Positions 10,600-22,910 of a DNA stretch of 64,000 nucleotides are shown piece after piece; the stretch's first letter is position 1, and each line of letters begins with the position of its first letter. Origin of the DNA: Octopus vulgaris (Eukaryota); NCBI GenBank assembly GCA_951406725.2, contig OX597842.1, forward strand, positions 2,728,001-2,792,000, given 5' to 3'. A model generated the notes under the pieces. That model did no database searches and had not been told where the DNA came from. It saw nothing but the letters and a program-made list of their open reading frames with translations. The translations under genes were made by a program, and so were the position numbers.

Positions 10600-11475
10600 T
10601 TTTTTTACTTGTTTTCAGGCATTAGACTGTGGCCATGCTGGGGCACCGCCTTGAAGAATTTTCAATCAAATGTATTAACCCCAGTACTTTATGGCCGGGT
10701 ACTTATTCTATTGGTCTTGTTTGCTGAACTGTTAAGTTATAGGAATGTAAACACACCAACACTGGTTGTCAAGCGGTGGTGGTGGTGGTGGTGGTGGTGG
10801 TGGTAGTGGACAGGGACAATCACAGACACAAAGATACACACACACACATACATATATACAAGCTTCTTTCAGTTTCCGTCTACTAAATCTATTCAGAAGG
10901 CTCTGGTTGACCTGAAAACACTTACCCAAGGTGCCATGCAGTGGGACTGAACCCTGAACCATGTCGTTGGGAAACAAGCTTCTTACCACTCAGCCAGATC
11001 TTATATATATTCATTTATTCTTTCACTTGTTTCAGTCATTTGACTGCAGCCATGCTGGAGCACCACCTTGAAGGGTTTTAGTCAAGGGCACATAAGCACA
11101 CCAATACCATTTGTCAAATGCTGATGGGAGTGACAAACAGACAGACATTCACACACACACACATATATCTACAATGGGCTTCTTTCAGTTTCTGTCTACC
11201 AAATCCACTCACAGCACTTTGGTCAGTTTGAGGCTATAGTAGAAGACACTTCCCCAAGGTGCCAGCCACACAGTGGGACTGAACCCGGAACCATGTGGTT
11301 GGGAAGCTAGCTTCTTATAACAGGCATCCACTCAGTTTCTGTCAATTAAAATTCGCTAACTTGCCCAAAGTATTAGTTGGCCTAAAACAGGAAACATTTG
11401 CCCAAGGTGCTGTACAGTGGGAGAGAACCTGAATCCACATCGTTACAGAGTGACCCTCTTAACCACCCAACTATG
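10600..11475 (-). mobile_element. SINE family A copies (10600-10996, 11017-11320, fragment to 11475)
   Basis: Family A modules on the reverse strand. Confidence 0.85.
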
Positions 11476-11794
11476 CCAACTAAAACATATTTTGTTTGGT
11501 TTGCAAGAAATATTGTCAGATGTAAATTAAGATGCCTGTACAGCTTCATTGGTATCTCGCTGCTTTAATTAAAATATATAAATATATGTAATATTAACTT
11601 TAATTAACTGTAAAATCATTTATACATTATATTAATTAAAATTAGTTCTTATGAGATATATTATTGGTAGGATTAAAAACATATAACATTATGCTAAGAA
11701 TATAAAGACATGGTTTCTTTTTTAATTACGGACTATGAAAACATGTAGGCTGTGAATTGGAATGGTTTCTAGACACAATTAAGCCCTTCACTCC

Positions 11795-12390
11795 TTAACG
11801 AGTAAGGGCCATCGACTAATTTCTTCCAATGTCCTCCTCTCTGGTTTCAATCTGTGTTTTTCTCAGTTCTGTCTGAGTATCCTTCTTCATATATTTCCCT
11901 GAGGGAAAACCAAGCCTTCATCTATCAGATCTTAGCTTTTAATTGTCATTAATGTTCATGTAATTTTGCTTTTTCCCCCATCATCTTTGTCTCTTTCCAC
12001 ATACTATTCTTCTTCTTAAGCCTATGGAGCATTGGCCATCGACATCTTTTCTCCACTGTCCTCAATTCTGAGTACGCTTTGCTACTTCCCTCCAGTTGGA
12101 TCTCTGCTTTTCCAGCTCTGCCTCACTCTCCTACCTCATAAATTTCCCTGAGGGAAAGCCTTCATCCACCAGATCTTAGTTTTGAATTGTCGTTAATGCC
12201 CGTGCAATTTTGTTTTTATCATCAGGTTTGCCTCGTTCCTCTAACCCTTCTTTTTAATTCCTTCCCTCCCTAAGGAGCAAAGACCATCGACAACTTTTCT
12301 CCACTGTCCTCAATTCTGAGCAGCCTTTCCTACTTCCCTTTAGTTGTATTGCTGCCTTTCCAATTATGCCTCAGTCTCCCACCTCATGTC
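11795..12390 (-). mobile_element. Three diverged tandem copies of an RTE-like LINE C-terminal fragment
   Basis: Reverse strand of ~12015-12130 reads SEAELEKQRSNWREVAKRTQN*GQWRKDVDGQCS, like RTE termini (EAEL...W....AQ.R..WR..V..LCS); unit ggccatcgac...ctccactgtcctc repeated 3 times. Confidence 0.55.
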
Positions 12391-12469
12391 TCCCATATCT
12401 TGTTGGTTCTCAACTATCAGCTATGCTTCTGTAACTTAGCTTTTCCTAGGTTTACCCCTTTTTATATTG

Positions 12470-13040
12470 TGAAGGTGCATGGCTTAGTGGTTAGGGTATT
12501 CAGCTCACAATCATAAGGTCATGAGTTCAATTCCCAGCAGAGCATTGTGTCCTTGAGTAAGACACTTTACTTCACATTGCTCCAGTCCATTCTTCTGGCA
12601 AGAATAAGTAGTACCTGTAATTAAAAGGGGCAAGCCTTGTTACATTCTGTGTCACATTGAATCTTCCTAAAAACTATGTCAAGGGTATGCATTGTGTCTG
12701 TGGAGTACTCAACCACTTGCATGTTAATTTCATAAGCAGGCTCTTCCCTTGATTAAATCAACCATCATCATAACTGATGGAGTGTCAGTGTCCTTGAGCA
12801 AGACACTTTACTTCACATTGCTCCCATCCACTCACCTGGCAAAAAAGAGTTTTACCCGTAATTCAAAGGGTCCAGCCTTATCATTTTCTTTCATGCTAAA
12901 TCTCCCAGAAAACTACATTAAAGGTATGGGTGTCCGTGGAGTACTAAGCCACTTGCACATGAATTTCATGAACAGGTTGTTCCATAGATCAAACCAAATC
13001 AAGTGGAACCCTTACCACTTTAACCGACAGAGTGCCAGTA
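12470..13040 (+). mobile_element. CORE-like SINE family D with duplicated body
   Basis: tggcttagtgg/gagttcaattccc head; the gtgtccttgagcaagacactttacttcacattgctcc body occurs twice. Confidence 0.75.
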
Positions 13041-13041
13041 T

Positions 13042-13562
13042 TACTCTCTTATACTCTTTTTACTTGTTTCAGTCATTTGACTGTGGTCATGCTGGAGCAC
13101 TGCCTGTAGTCGAGCAAATTGACCCCAGGACTTATTTTTGTAAGCCTAGTACTTATTCTATCGGTCTCTTTTCTCTTTTACTCTTTTACTTGTTTCAGTC
13201 ATTTGACTGTGGCCATGCTAGAGCACCGCCTTTAGTCAAGCAAATCGACCCCAGGACTTATTCTTTGTAAGCCCAGTACTTATTCTATCTGTCTCTTTTG
13301 CCGAACCGCTAAGTTACGGTTACGTATACACACCAGCATCGGTTGTCAAGCAATGCTAGAGGGACAAATACAGACACACAAATATATACACACACATACA
13401 TATATATATACATATATACGATGGGCTTCTTTCAGTTTCCGTCTACCATATTCACTCACAAGGCTTTGACTGGCCCGAGGCTATAGTAGAAGACACTTGC
13501 CCAAGGTGCCATGCAGTGGGACTGAACCCGGAACCATATGGTTGGTAAGCAAGCTACTTACA
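13042..13562 (-). mobile_element. SINE family A with duplicated 3' end
   Basis: Tail module repeated at 13042-13170 and from 13170 onward. Confidence 0.85.
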
Positions 13563-13751
13563 ATCTTGAGCAAGATGCTTCATTTCACATTGCTCTTGTA
13601 CATTCAGCCTTGTCACATTCTGTATCACACAAAATTTCCTTGAGAACTACTTTAAGGGTACACATGTCTGTGGAGTGCTCAGCCACTTGCACATTAATTT
13701 TTTGAGCATAACCGTCGTCATAACCGAATGGCTAGCAAGTTGTGTTAAATT

Positions 13752-13783
<32 letters not shown>

Positions 13784-13931
13784 GGTGCAGGAGTGGCTGT
13801 GTGGTAAGTAACTTGCTTACAAACCAAATGGTTCCAGGTTCATTCCCACTGCATGGCACCTTGGGCAAGTGTCTTCTGCTATAGCCTTGGGATTGAATTT
13901 GGTAGACGGAAACTGAAAGAAGCCCATCACA

Positions 13932-13979
<48 letters not shown>

Positions 13980-13984
13980 TTAAA

Positions 13985-14019
<35 letters not shown>

Positions 14020-14024
14020 TATTA

Positions 14025-14346
14025 AAATTACTAAGTCTCTCTAAAGGAGATTACGGCAGTGTTACTGGATATTAATAGTTATCGCCAAGCTAATATGGTA
14101 GTCTAAATATAAGACTAAAGCTGCCGCTGATTAGCTCCAAGAGGCCATCGCCTCTAGCTTGCTATATGACACACAAACCTGCATCCATTATAACCTTCAA
14201 ACAGGGAAGGTCAGCCGCTTCACCTTGCTGGTCAGTCATCTGCAGACATGTTTCAGGGTAGTTGCCCTTTATCAATACGGAGTAGTCAGACCCAGCAGGT
14301 GTCGCTACCGACCGTCTGTTCGAAGGATTTATTTACCTAATTTACA
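14025..14346 (-). mobile_element. Penelope-like/TA-embedded element carrying hairpin motif and minimal hammerhead
   Basis: Flanked by (TA)n; contains the 14240-14280 hammerhead-like core and the motif shared with 8263 and 46300. Confidence 0.6.
14240..14280 (-). ncRNA. Putative minimal type I hammerhead ribozyme
   Basis: Minus strand: ccgua UUGAUAA AGGG-caacua-CCCU GAAA CAUG UC ugcag; palindromic stem III ACAUGU, GUC cleavage triplet. Confidence 0.55.
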
Positions 14347-14609
14347 TATATATATATATATATGTATGTATGTATGTATGTGTGTATATGTTTGTGTGTC
14401 TGTGTTTGTTCCCCCCAACATTGCTTGACAACTGATGCTGGTGTGTTTACATCCCTGTCACTTAGCAGTTTGACAAAAGAGACCGATAGAATAAGTACAA
14501 GGCTTACAAAGAATAAGTCCTGGGGTTGATTTACTTGACTAAAGGCAGTGCCCCAGCATCGCCACAGTCAAATGACAGAAACATATAAAAGAGTAAAAAA
14601 AAACCCATA

Positions 14610-14988
14610 TAAGTAGCTTGTTTACCAACCACATGGTTCCGGGTTCATTCCCACTGTATGGCACCTTGGGCAAGTGTCTTCTACTATAGCCTCGGGCCGA
14701 CCAAAGCCCTGTGAGTGGATTTGGTAGACCGAAACTGAAAGAAGCCCGTGGTATATATGTATATATATATATGAGTGTGTGTGTGTCTGTGTTTGTCCCC
14801 CTAGCATTGCTTAACAACCAATGCTGGTGTGTTTGTGTCCCCGTAACTTAGTGGTTTGGCAAAAGAGACCGCTAGAATAAGTACAAGGCTTACAACGAAT
14901 AAATCCTGGTGTCGATTTGCTCGACTAAAGACGGTGCTCCAGCATTGCCGCAGTCAAATGACAGAAACATATAAAAGAGTAAAAAAAA
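14610..14988 (+). mobile_element. SINE family A (A box lost)
   Basis: Family A from aagtagcttg to tail. Confidence 0.88.
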
Positions 14989-15361
14989 TCCACATATATA
15001 TATACATATATACATATATAATATTATATACTTTATTATATTACGGTACGTTGTACAATATCTAAAAAAATTTATTATTTCTGCAAATGTTTTATCAAGA
15101 TTGCTGTAGCCGTGCAGTCATTGCTTTCATATTTGTTATTGCTGTTATTATTTTATCGTTTTTATGCAGAAATTTTAATCAGATTATCCAAGTACAATCT
15201 TATAAATTACTTCTTTATCTCAGCAAAAGCAACATTAGTTTTAATGGTGCTGGAACAAGAGACGGCGGCAACGACAACAACAGCAACAAGGAAAATATTA
15301 AAATATGTTTTACTGCTCCGTATTATAATACAGACAGTTATTGCATTAAGATGTCGTTGAC

Positions 15362-16820
15362 TGGTGGTGGTGGTGGTGGTGGTGGTGGTGGTGGTGGTGG
15401 TAGTGGTGGTGGTGGTGGCCATTGTGGCCATTGTAGTAGAGGTAGTGGTGGTGGTGGTAGTGATGGTAGTGGTAGAGATGGTGGTCGTGGTAGTGGTGGT
15501 GGTGGTGATGGTGAAGGTGGTGGTGGTGGTGGTAATGATGGTGGTGGTGATGGTGAAGGTGGTGGTGGTGGTGGTGGTGGCAATAGCAGTAGTGGTAAAA
15601 GTAGTAGTGGTAGTGGTGATGGTGGTGGTGGTAGTGATGATCGTGGTAGAGATGGTGGTGGTGATAGTAATGATGGTGGTAGTGATAGTGGTGGTGGTGG
15701 TGATAATGGCAGTGGTGAAGGTAGTGGTCTGATGGTGGTGGTGATGGTGGTGATGGTGGTGGTGGCAATAGTTGAAGTGGTAATAGTAGTAGTGGTAGTG
15801 GTGATGGTGGTGGTGGTGGTGCTGGTAGTGATGGTGGTGGTAGAGATGGTGGTGGTGGTGGTGGTAGTAATGATGGTGGAGGTGATGGTGAAGGTGGTGG
15901 TAGTGATAGTGGTGCTGGTGGTGGTGGTGGAGGTGGTAGTGATGGTGGTGGCAGTGATAGTAGTGGTGGTAATGGTGGTGATGATAGTGGCAGTGGTAGT
16001 AGTAGTGATGGTGGTGGTGATAGTGGTGGTGGCGGTGGTGGTGGTAGTGATGTTGGTGGTGATGGTTGATGCTGGTGGTTGTAGTAGTAGTAATAGTAAG
16101 AGTCACAGTTGGTGGTGTTAGTGGGGGTAGTACTTGTAGTGGTAGTAGTGGTGGTATTAACAACAGTAGTGGTAATGGTGATAGTAGTGGTCATGGTAGT
16201 AGTGGGAGTGATGATAGTTTTGGTGGTGGTTGTTGCTATAGCAGTATGATGGTGGTGGTGGATGTAGTAGTAGTGGTGATTGTGGTTGTGGTAGTAGTGT
16301 TTGTAGAGGTGGTGGTAGCAGTAGTCGTGGTGGTAATAGTATCAGCTACAGTGGTAGTAGTGGTAGTGCTTCTGATGCAAGTGGTGGTGATAGTAGTGGT
16401 GGGGATTGTAGTAGTGTAGGTTGTATGAATAGTAGTGGTAGTACAAGTGGTGTTAATGGTAGTAGTAGTCACAATTGTGGTGGTGGTAGTACTAGCAGTA
16501 GAAGTAGAGATGATGGTGATGGTGGTGGTTGTTGTGGTGGAGATGATACTGATGGTGGTGGTGGTAGTACTAGCAGTAGTAGTGGAGATGATAGTGGTGG
16601 TGGTGGTTGTGGTGGTGACGGTGGTTGTGGTGGTGGTAGTTGTGTTGGTGTTCGTGGTGGTGGTAATAATAGCAGTAATAGTGATGATAGTAGTAGTGGA
16701 GATAATAGTGGTGGTGGTGGTGGTGGTGGTGGTGGTGGTGGTGGTGGTGGTAGTAGTACTAGCATTAATAGTGGAGATGGTAGTAGTAGTAGTAGTAGTA
16801 GTAGCAGCAGTAGTAGTAGC
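15362..16820. repeat. GGT/GAT/GTA compound triplet tract
   Basis: Directly visible; source of the poly-G/V/H/P pseudo-ORFs. Confidence 0.9.
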
Positions 16821-17239
16821 ATTGCTCCCTATCATCATCTTATCTCCAGAAGTGAATTGTTGTCCATTGTGATGTTGTATTGTTCCCAGTCGTGTGTCGT
16901 AGTCATAACTGTTGTTCTTCTTCTTCTTGTTGCTGTTGTTCTTCTTGTTTTTCCTTGTCATCTTATCCGTTTGCTAATGGCTTGGAATTTCTTTCTTTAC
17001 CATTTTTTAAATTTCATTTCTATTTTTTGCATATGCGGAGGAGAGCGGGGAGGGGACATGCAAAGGAGGGGGGTGGCTCTTTTTTCTCTATTATTGTTTC
17101 TTGTTTTGTTTGTTATTATTATTATTATTATTATTATTGTTGTTGTTGTTGTAGCTATTGTTGTTGTTGTTGTTGTGTCTCCATTGTTCCACATGTTTAA
17201 TGTTTTGCTCTATTGGCCATAGTAACCTCTTGGTTACTC

Positions 17240-18400
17240 TTTTTGTTCTTCTTCTTCTCTTTCACTTCCTTCTTTTTCTTCTTCTTTTCTTTCCTATTAT
17301 TTTTGCTGTCTTTGGTGTTGTTGTTATAGTTCATTATCATCATCATCCTCATCATCATCATCATCCTCATCATCATCATCATCTTCATCATCTTCATCTT
17401 TCATTCCTTCATTTTCTTCCTTTTCTTTTTCTTCTTGTCTTTGCTATGGAAGTTACTGTTTTCATTCTTCTTTTTCTTCTCCTTGTTCTCCTTCACTTCC
17501 TTCTTTTTCTTCTCCTTGTTCTCTTTCACTTCCTTCTTTTTCTTCTTCTTTTCTTTCCTATTATTTTTGCTGTTTTTGGTGTTGTTGTTTTCATTCATCA
17601 TCATCATCATCATCATCTTTCATTCCTTCGTTTTCTTCCATTTCTTTTTCTTCTCTTTGCTCTCCTTCTCTTCCTTCTCTTTCTTCTTGTCTTTCCTATT
17701 GTTTTTGCTGTTTTTGGTGTTGTTGTTATGCTTCATCATCATCATCATCATCGTCATCATCTTCAGCTTTCATTCCTTCGTTTTTCTTCCTTTTTTTCTT
17801 CTTCTCTTTCCTATCAATGTTGCTGTTTTCATTCTTCTTTCTCTTTTTCTTGTCTTTCCTATAGTTTTTGCTGTTTTTGGTGTTGTTGTTTTCATTCATC
17901 ATCATCATCATCATCATCTTTCATTCCTTCGTTTTCTTCCTTTTCTTCTTCTTGTCTTTGCTATGGAAGTTGCTGTTTTCATTCTTCTTTTCCTTCTCCT
18001 TGTTCTCCTTCACTTCTTTCTTTTACTTCTCCTTTTTCTTGTTCACTTCTTTCTTTTCCTTCCCCTTGTTCTCCTTCTCTTCCTTCTTTTTCTTCTTCTT
18101 GTCTTTCCAATTGTTTTTGCTGTCTTTGGTGTTGTTGTTTTGGTTCATCATCATCTTCATCATCATCATCATCATCTTCAGTTTTCATTCCTTCATTTTC
18201 TTCCTTTTCTTTTTCTTCTTCTCTTTGCTATCAATGTTGCTGTTTTCATTCTTCTTTTTCTTCTCCTTGTTCTTCTTTCTCTTCCTCTCCCTCCACTTCT
18301 TCCTCCTTCTCTCTTTCCTCTTATTCCTATTGTGACTCTGGTTCCCCCCTCCTCCCCCTCCTCCCCTCCTCCCCCTCCTCTCCCTCCTCCTCCCCTCCTT
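17240..18400. repeat. CTT/CAT-rich degenerate minisatellite
   Basis: tttttgctgtttttggtgttgttgt...catcatcat...tttcattccttc block recurs about 5 times. Confidence 0.85.
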
Positions 18401-18674
18401 GATTTTTGCTATTGAAGCTTTGAGTCTTCTTCTTGACTTTACCATTTTTGTTGTTGTTGTTCTTGTTGTTTCTGCTCTTATTATTTCATGTATCAATTTC
18501 ATTATTTTTTTTTGGTCCTTATTCTTCTTGTTCTTGCTGTTGTCTGTCCTTAGGTCTGTCCTTGATCATTCTGGCCTCCATTTAAAATTATTATCATTAC
18601 TACTACTTGTACTACTACTACTACTATTATTATTATTATTATTAATAGTATCATTATTATCATTATTATTATTA

Positions 18675-18730
<56 letters not shown>

Positions 18731-19153
18731 TTCCTTTTTGCAGTCACAGTGTATCTAGGACTACACTTCACAGAATGGCCCATAACTCACACAAGAATTT
18801 AAAATATTGACATTTTTTGCATATCCTCTACAGTTAGTGATGTTATTCCTATCCTTTTCTCAATTTCAAAGTTCATAAATTGGGAAAAAATACAAATAAA
18901 AATAATCTTAATTATAATTATATTTTTTCCCCTTCAGAACCTCATAATGGTAAAATGCATGAGAGGGGAAAAAAAGGAGGAAAAAAAACAGAAGAAAGAA
19001 GAAAGAAAAGAGCAAGCAAACAAAATTAGGGGACAGACATGGGTGTGTGGTTATGAAGTTTGCTTTCCAACTATGTGGTTTTAAGTTCAATCCCACCGTA
19101 TGGTACCTTGAGTGTGGATTTGGTAGACAGAAATTGAAAGAAGCCCATAGTGA

Positions 19154-19224
<71 letters not shown>

Positions 19225-19262
19225 TGTGTGAGTGAGTGTGTGTGTGTGTGTGTGTGTGTGTA

Positions 19263-19465
19263 TCCTTTCTACTATAGGCACAAGGTTTGAAATTTTGGGG
19301 AGGTGTTAAGTTGATTAGTTCAACCCCAGTATTCAACTGGTACTTAATTTATCGACTCCAAAAAGATGAAAGGCAGAGATGACCTTGATGGAATTTGAAC
19401 TCAGAACATAAAGACAGACGAGATGCCGCTAAGCATTTTGTCTGGTGTGCTAACAAGTCTGCCAA
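19263..19465 (-). mobile_element. SINE family B2
   Basis: tcctttctactataggcacaagg...gaatttgaactcagaac. Confidence 0.85.
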
Positions 19466-20149
19466 GGTGCTGGCATGGCCGTGTGGTGAGAAGTTTGCTC
19501 CTGGGTTCAGTCCCGTTGCATGACACCTTGCGCAAGTGTCTTCTACTGATGAATGAAACTTTTGACCCTTGAGTCACTCTGTAAATTCTGCTGATTATTA
19601 ATAACTATCAGAAATACCTGTCATTGATTTGGTTCAGAAAAAGTCTTCAAAAATTCTACCCTGATTTATGAAAGGTACTGCTTCGATATTATTGAATGTT
19701 TTGTAGCGGAATATCTGCAAACTCTTATTGCCAGGTTTTGGCCCCAAAAGTTATAATATTTTACTAATGGCTCCACTGATAGTCTGTCTCTTCATCTCTT
19801 TCTCTTTTCCTACACTGAGATTGCTTAGGTAGTCAAAATCTAATTTTTTTCGGAGGCATTGCAGTAGGGTGAATTAATCTACAAGACAGGGGACTTAACT
19901 CATGTTAGTTGGTTAACTTGTGAAAATTGGTAAAAGTTATGGTTGAAAAGCTATTTTTACCACTATCTGGAGGTGCCTCGGAAAAATAAGTTGATAAAAG
20001 CACAGTCATAGTTGTGACCAATGTCTTCCTAAAATTGGAGTGACATGCGTGCTAATTTGTGGACGTGCATGAAGTACATTCACGTACACACACACAAACA
20101 CATTCTGCTTTTTATAGATATAGATAAAATATGTGTGTTTGTGTGTGTA

Positions 20150-20550
20150 AAACGCACTTGTGCTGGTGTCACACAAAATGCATCCATACTAGTGCCACGG
20201 AGGAGGAAGCCATGACAACATGACATAAGAAAAGTACCTGTGCTGGCACCATGTGGAAAGAACACCTGTGCCAGCGCCACATAAAGAGCACCCATATCAG
20301 TGCCACATAACAGGAACTCATACTGGTGCCATGTAAAAAGCAGCCTGTAAACTCGGCATTCATTTCCATAATTCTGAGAGAACATGTCTGGCCATGGAGT
20401 AAATAGTACCTTGCTTAGAATTATGCGAGGGTTGGTGACAGACAAAGCATCTAACCATAGAAAATCTGCCACAATTAAACTCTGTTTTGGCCCTTGCCCG
20501 TATGGGAAAGTGAGCAGTAAAATCACAATAAAGATTATGATGATGATGAT
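20150..20550 (+). mobile_element. Diverged RTE-type 3' UTR remnant
   Basis: Repeated gtgccacataaaagcac-like motifs, agcatctaaccatagaaa, (GAT)n tail. Confidence 0.5.
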
Positions 20551-20569
20551 GATAATGTTGATGACAATA

Positions 20570-20877
20570 ACAGTTCCTTCTTTCTCGAGCCATGCCTGGC
20601 TCATAAGGGCTGGTTTCCCTGTTTCCTTAGCATATAGGTTCCCCACCTGGACAGGATGCCAGTCTGTCACAGGTGAGCTGCAAGATGCAGGAGGAAAGAG
20701 TGAGAGAAAGTTGTGGCGAAAGAGTCAGCAGAAGTTTGCCATTACCTTCTGTTGGAGCTGCGTGGAGCTTAGGTGTTTCACTCATAAACACACTCATCGC
20801 CCAGTCTGAGATTCGAACCCACGAACCCTCGACCGCGAGTCCGCTGCTCTAACCACTAGGCCATGTGCCTCCACATG
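20570..20877 (-). mobile_element. tRNA-derived SINE family C
   Basis: Minus strand tggaggcacatggcctagtggttagagcagcggactcgcggtcgagggttcgtgggttcgaatc: tRNA-like A and B boxes. Confidence 0.85.
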
Positions 20878-21312
20878 ACAATAACAGTGACAATGATGAT
20901 GATGATGATGATCAATATCAATCAATAACAGCATTACTGGATTCCATAGATGATTACCAGAGGGTTCACAACTGCATTGTTCAGATAAATTCTTGGAAAC
21001 CTTATAATTCCCAAGAATTCTCTAATAAATTGGTCAGCTATTTTGCTCCCCCAGATCTGCAAACTCAAGGCATTTTTTTCTTCTTCATTTAAGGATATTT
21101 AGAAGTGAGGTTATCTGCAAATAATCCAATAACTATCCAACAGCTCAAGGTAAAAATCTCAGCAGATATCTAAGATTATCAAGATTTACTGTCATAAAAA
21201 AAAAGTGAAAGTAAATTGTCCAAAAAAAAATGAAAGTAATTTACTCCAGAAATTGAAAGTGACGGCAGTGACATCCCCTAATTTTAAGTAAGCAATGTAT
21301 AGAATGTGCATA

Positions 21313-21810
21313 TCTTTTATCTTTTACTTTAACTTGTTTTAGTCATTAGACTGTGGCCATGCTGGAGCAATGCCTTGAAGAATTTTTTGTCAAATGAATA
21401 GACCCTGGTATTTTTTTCAAGCTTGATATTTATTCTATCAATCTCTTTTGCTGAACCACTAGATTATGAAGACAGAAACACTCCAACACTAGTTATCAAG
21501 TAGTAGGGGTTGGGGTGAAACACAGACTCAAAGAGACACACATAAATATAGATGCACTTGTGGCTGCGTGGTAAAAAGCTTCCTTCCCAACCACATGGTT
21601 CCAGGTTCAGTCCTACTGCAAGGCACCTTGGGCAAGTGTCTTCTACTATAGCCTCAGGCTGACCAAAGACTTGTTAGTGGATTTGGTAGATGGAAACTGA
21701 AAGAAGCCCATTGTATATGTAAATATGTGTTTGTCCCCCACCACTGCTTGGCAACTGGTGCTGATGTGTATAACTTTGTGGTTCAGCATAAGAGACTGAT
21801 AAAATAACTC
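21313..21810. mobile_element. Diverged SINE family A pieces (21313-21545 minus, 21558-21810 plus)
   Basis: Family A modules. Confidence 0.75.
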
Positions 21811-21815
21811 ATTCA

Positions 21816-21983
21816 GCAGGAATGGCTGTGTGGTAAGTAGCTTGCCTACCAGCCACATGGTTCTGGGTTCAGTCCCACTGCGTGGCATCTTGGGCAAGTG
21901 CCTTCTGCTATAGTCCCGGGCCAACCAATGCCTTGTGAGAGGATTTTGTAGACGGAAACTGACAGAAGCCTGTCGTGTATATG

Positions 21984-22018
<35 letters not shown>

Positions 22019-22220
22019 TTGTGTGTCTGTGTTTGTCCCCCTAGCATTGCTTGACAACCGATGCTGGTGTGTTTACGTCCCCGTCAGTTAGCGGTTCGGC
22101 AAAAGAGACCGATAGAATAAGTACTGGGCTTACAAAGAATAAGTCCGGGGGTCGATTTGCTCGACTAAAGGCGGTGCTCCAGCATGGCCACAGTCATATG
22201 ACTGAAACAAGTAAAAGAGT
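21816..22220 (+). mobile_element. SINE family A, full length
   Basis: Head, body and tail present. Confidence 0.92.
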
Positions 22221-22352
22221 ATCTATTTATCTACGGCGAGAAATTTTCTCTTACAAAATTCAGTGAATGGCATTCCAACAAGTTCAAATATGCCCCAAGC
22301 ATATCTGAACTGGTAACAAGTTTATATTCATACAAATTACTGCTTACCACTC

Positions 22353-22876
22353 ATCGTCATCATCATCATCATCATCGTTTAACGTCCGCTTTCCATGCTA
22401 GCATGAGTTGGACAATTTGACTGAGGTCTGGCAAACCAGATGGCTGCACAAGAATCCAATCTGATCTGGCAAAATTTCTACAGCTGGATGCCCTTCCTAA
22501 TGCCAACCACTCTGAGAGTGTGGTGGGTGCTTTTACGTGCCACCGGCACAAGGGCCAATCAGGAGGTACTAGCAACGACCACGCTCAAATGGTGCTTTTT
22601 ATGTGCCACCTGCACAGGAGTCAGTCCAGCAGCACTGGCAATGACCTCACTCGAATGTTTTTGCCAGTACTGCCTGACTGGTCCTCGGGCCGGTGGCACA
22701 TAAAAGCACCCACTACACTCTCAGAGTGGTTGGTGTTAGGAAGGGCATCAAGCTGTAGAAACTTTGCCAGATCAGATTGGAGCCTGGTGCAGCCATCTGG
22801 TTCGGCAGACCTCAGTCAAACCATCCAACACATGCTAGCATGGAAAGCGGACATTAAACGATGATGATGATGATGA

Positions 22877-22880
<4 letters not shown>
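22353..22880. mobile_element. Two RTE-LINE 3' ends fused head-to-head (inverted repeat)
   Basis: (CAT)n-cgtttaacgtccgctttccatgctagcatg... at left; its reverse complement ...catgctagcatggaaagcggacattaaacg-(ATG)n at right. Confidence 0.88.

Positions 22881-22907
<27 letters not shown>

Positions 22908-22910
<3 letters not shown>

Larger units (their letters stand above)
13783..14598 (+). mobile_element. SINE family A split in its central (TA)n by a ~320-bp insertion
   Basis: 5' half 13783-13930, 3' half 14350-14598. Confidence 0.85.

Noticed and set aside
15087-18758. Long ORFs (344, 318, 414, 326 aa and others) rich in G/V/H/P/F/L
   Set aside because: Open in several frames on both strands because triplet repeats lack stops; no domain-like sequence or splice evidence.
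20810-20877. tRNA-like sequence with A and B boxes (also 31543 and 53447)
   Set aside because: Continues directly into a SINE body and lacks a complete acceptor stem; treated as a SINE head.
19560-21300. Unique-looking segments as possible host exons
   Set aside because: No sustained reading frame with a recognisable protein; small exons cannot be excluded without RNA-seq.
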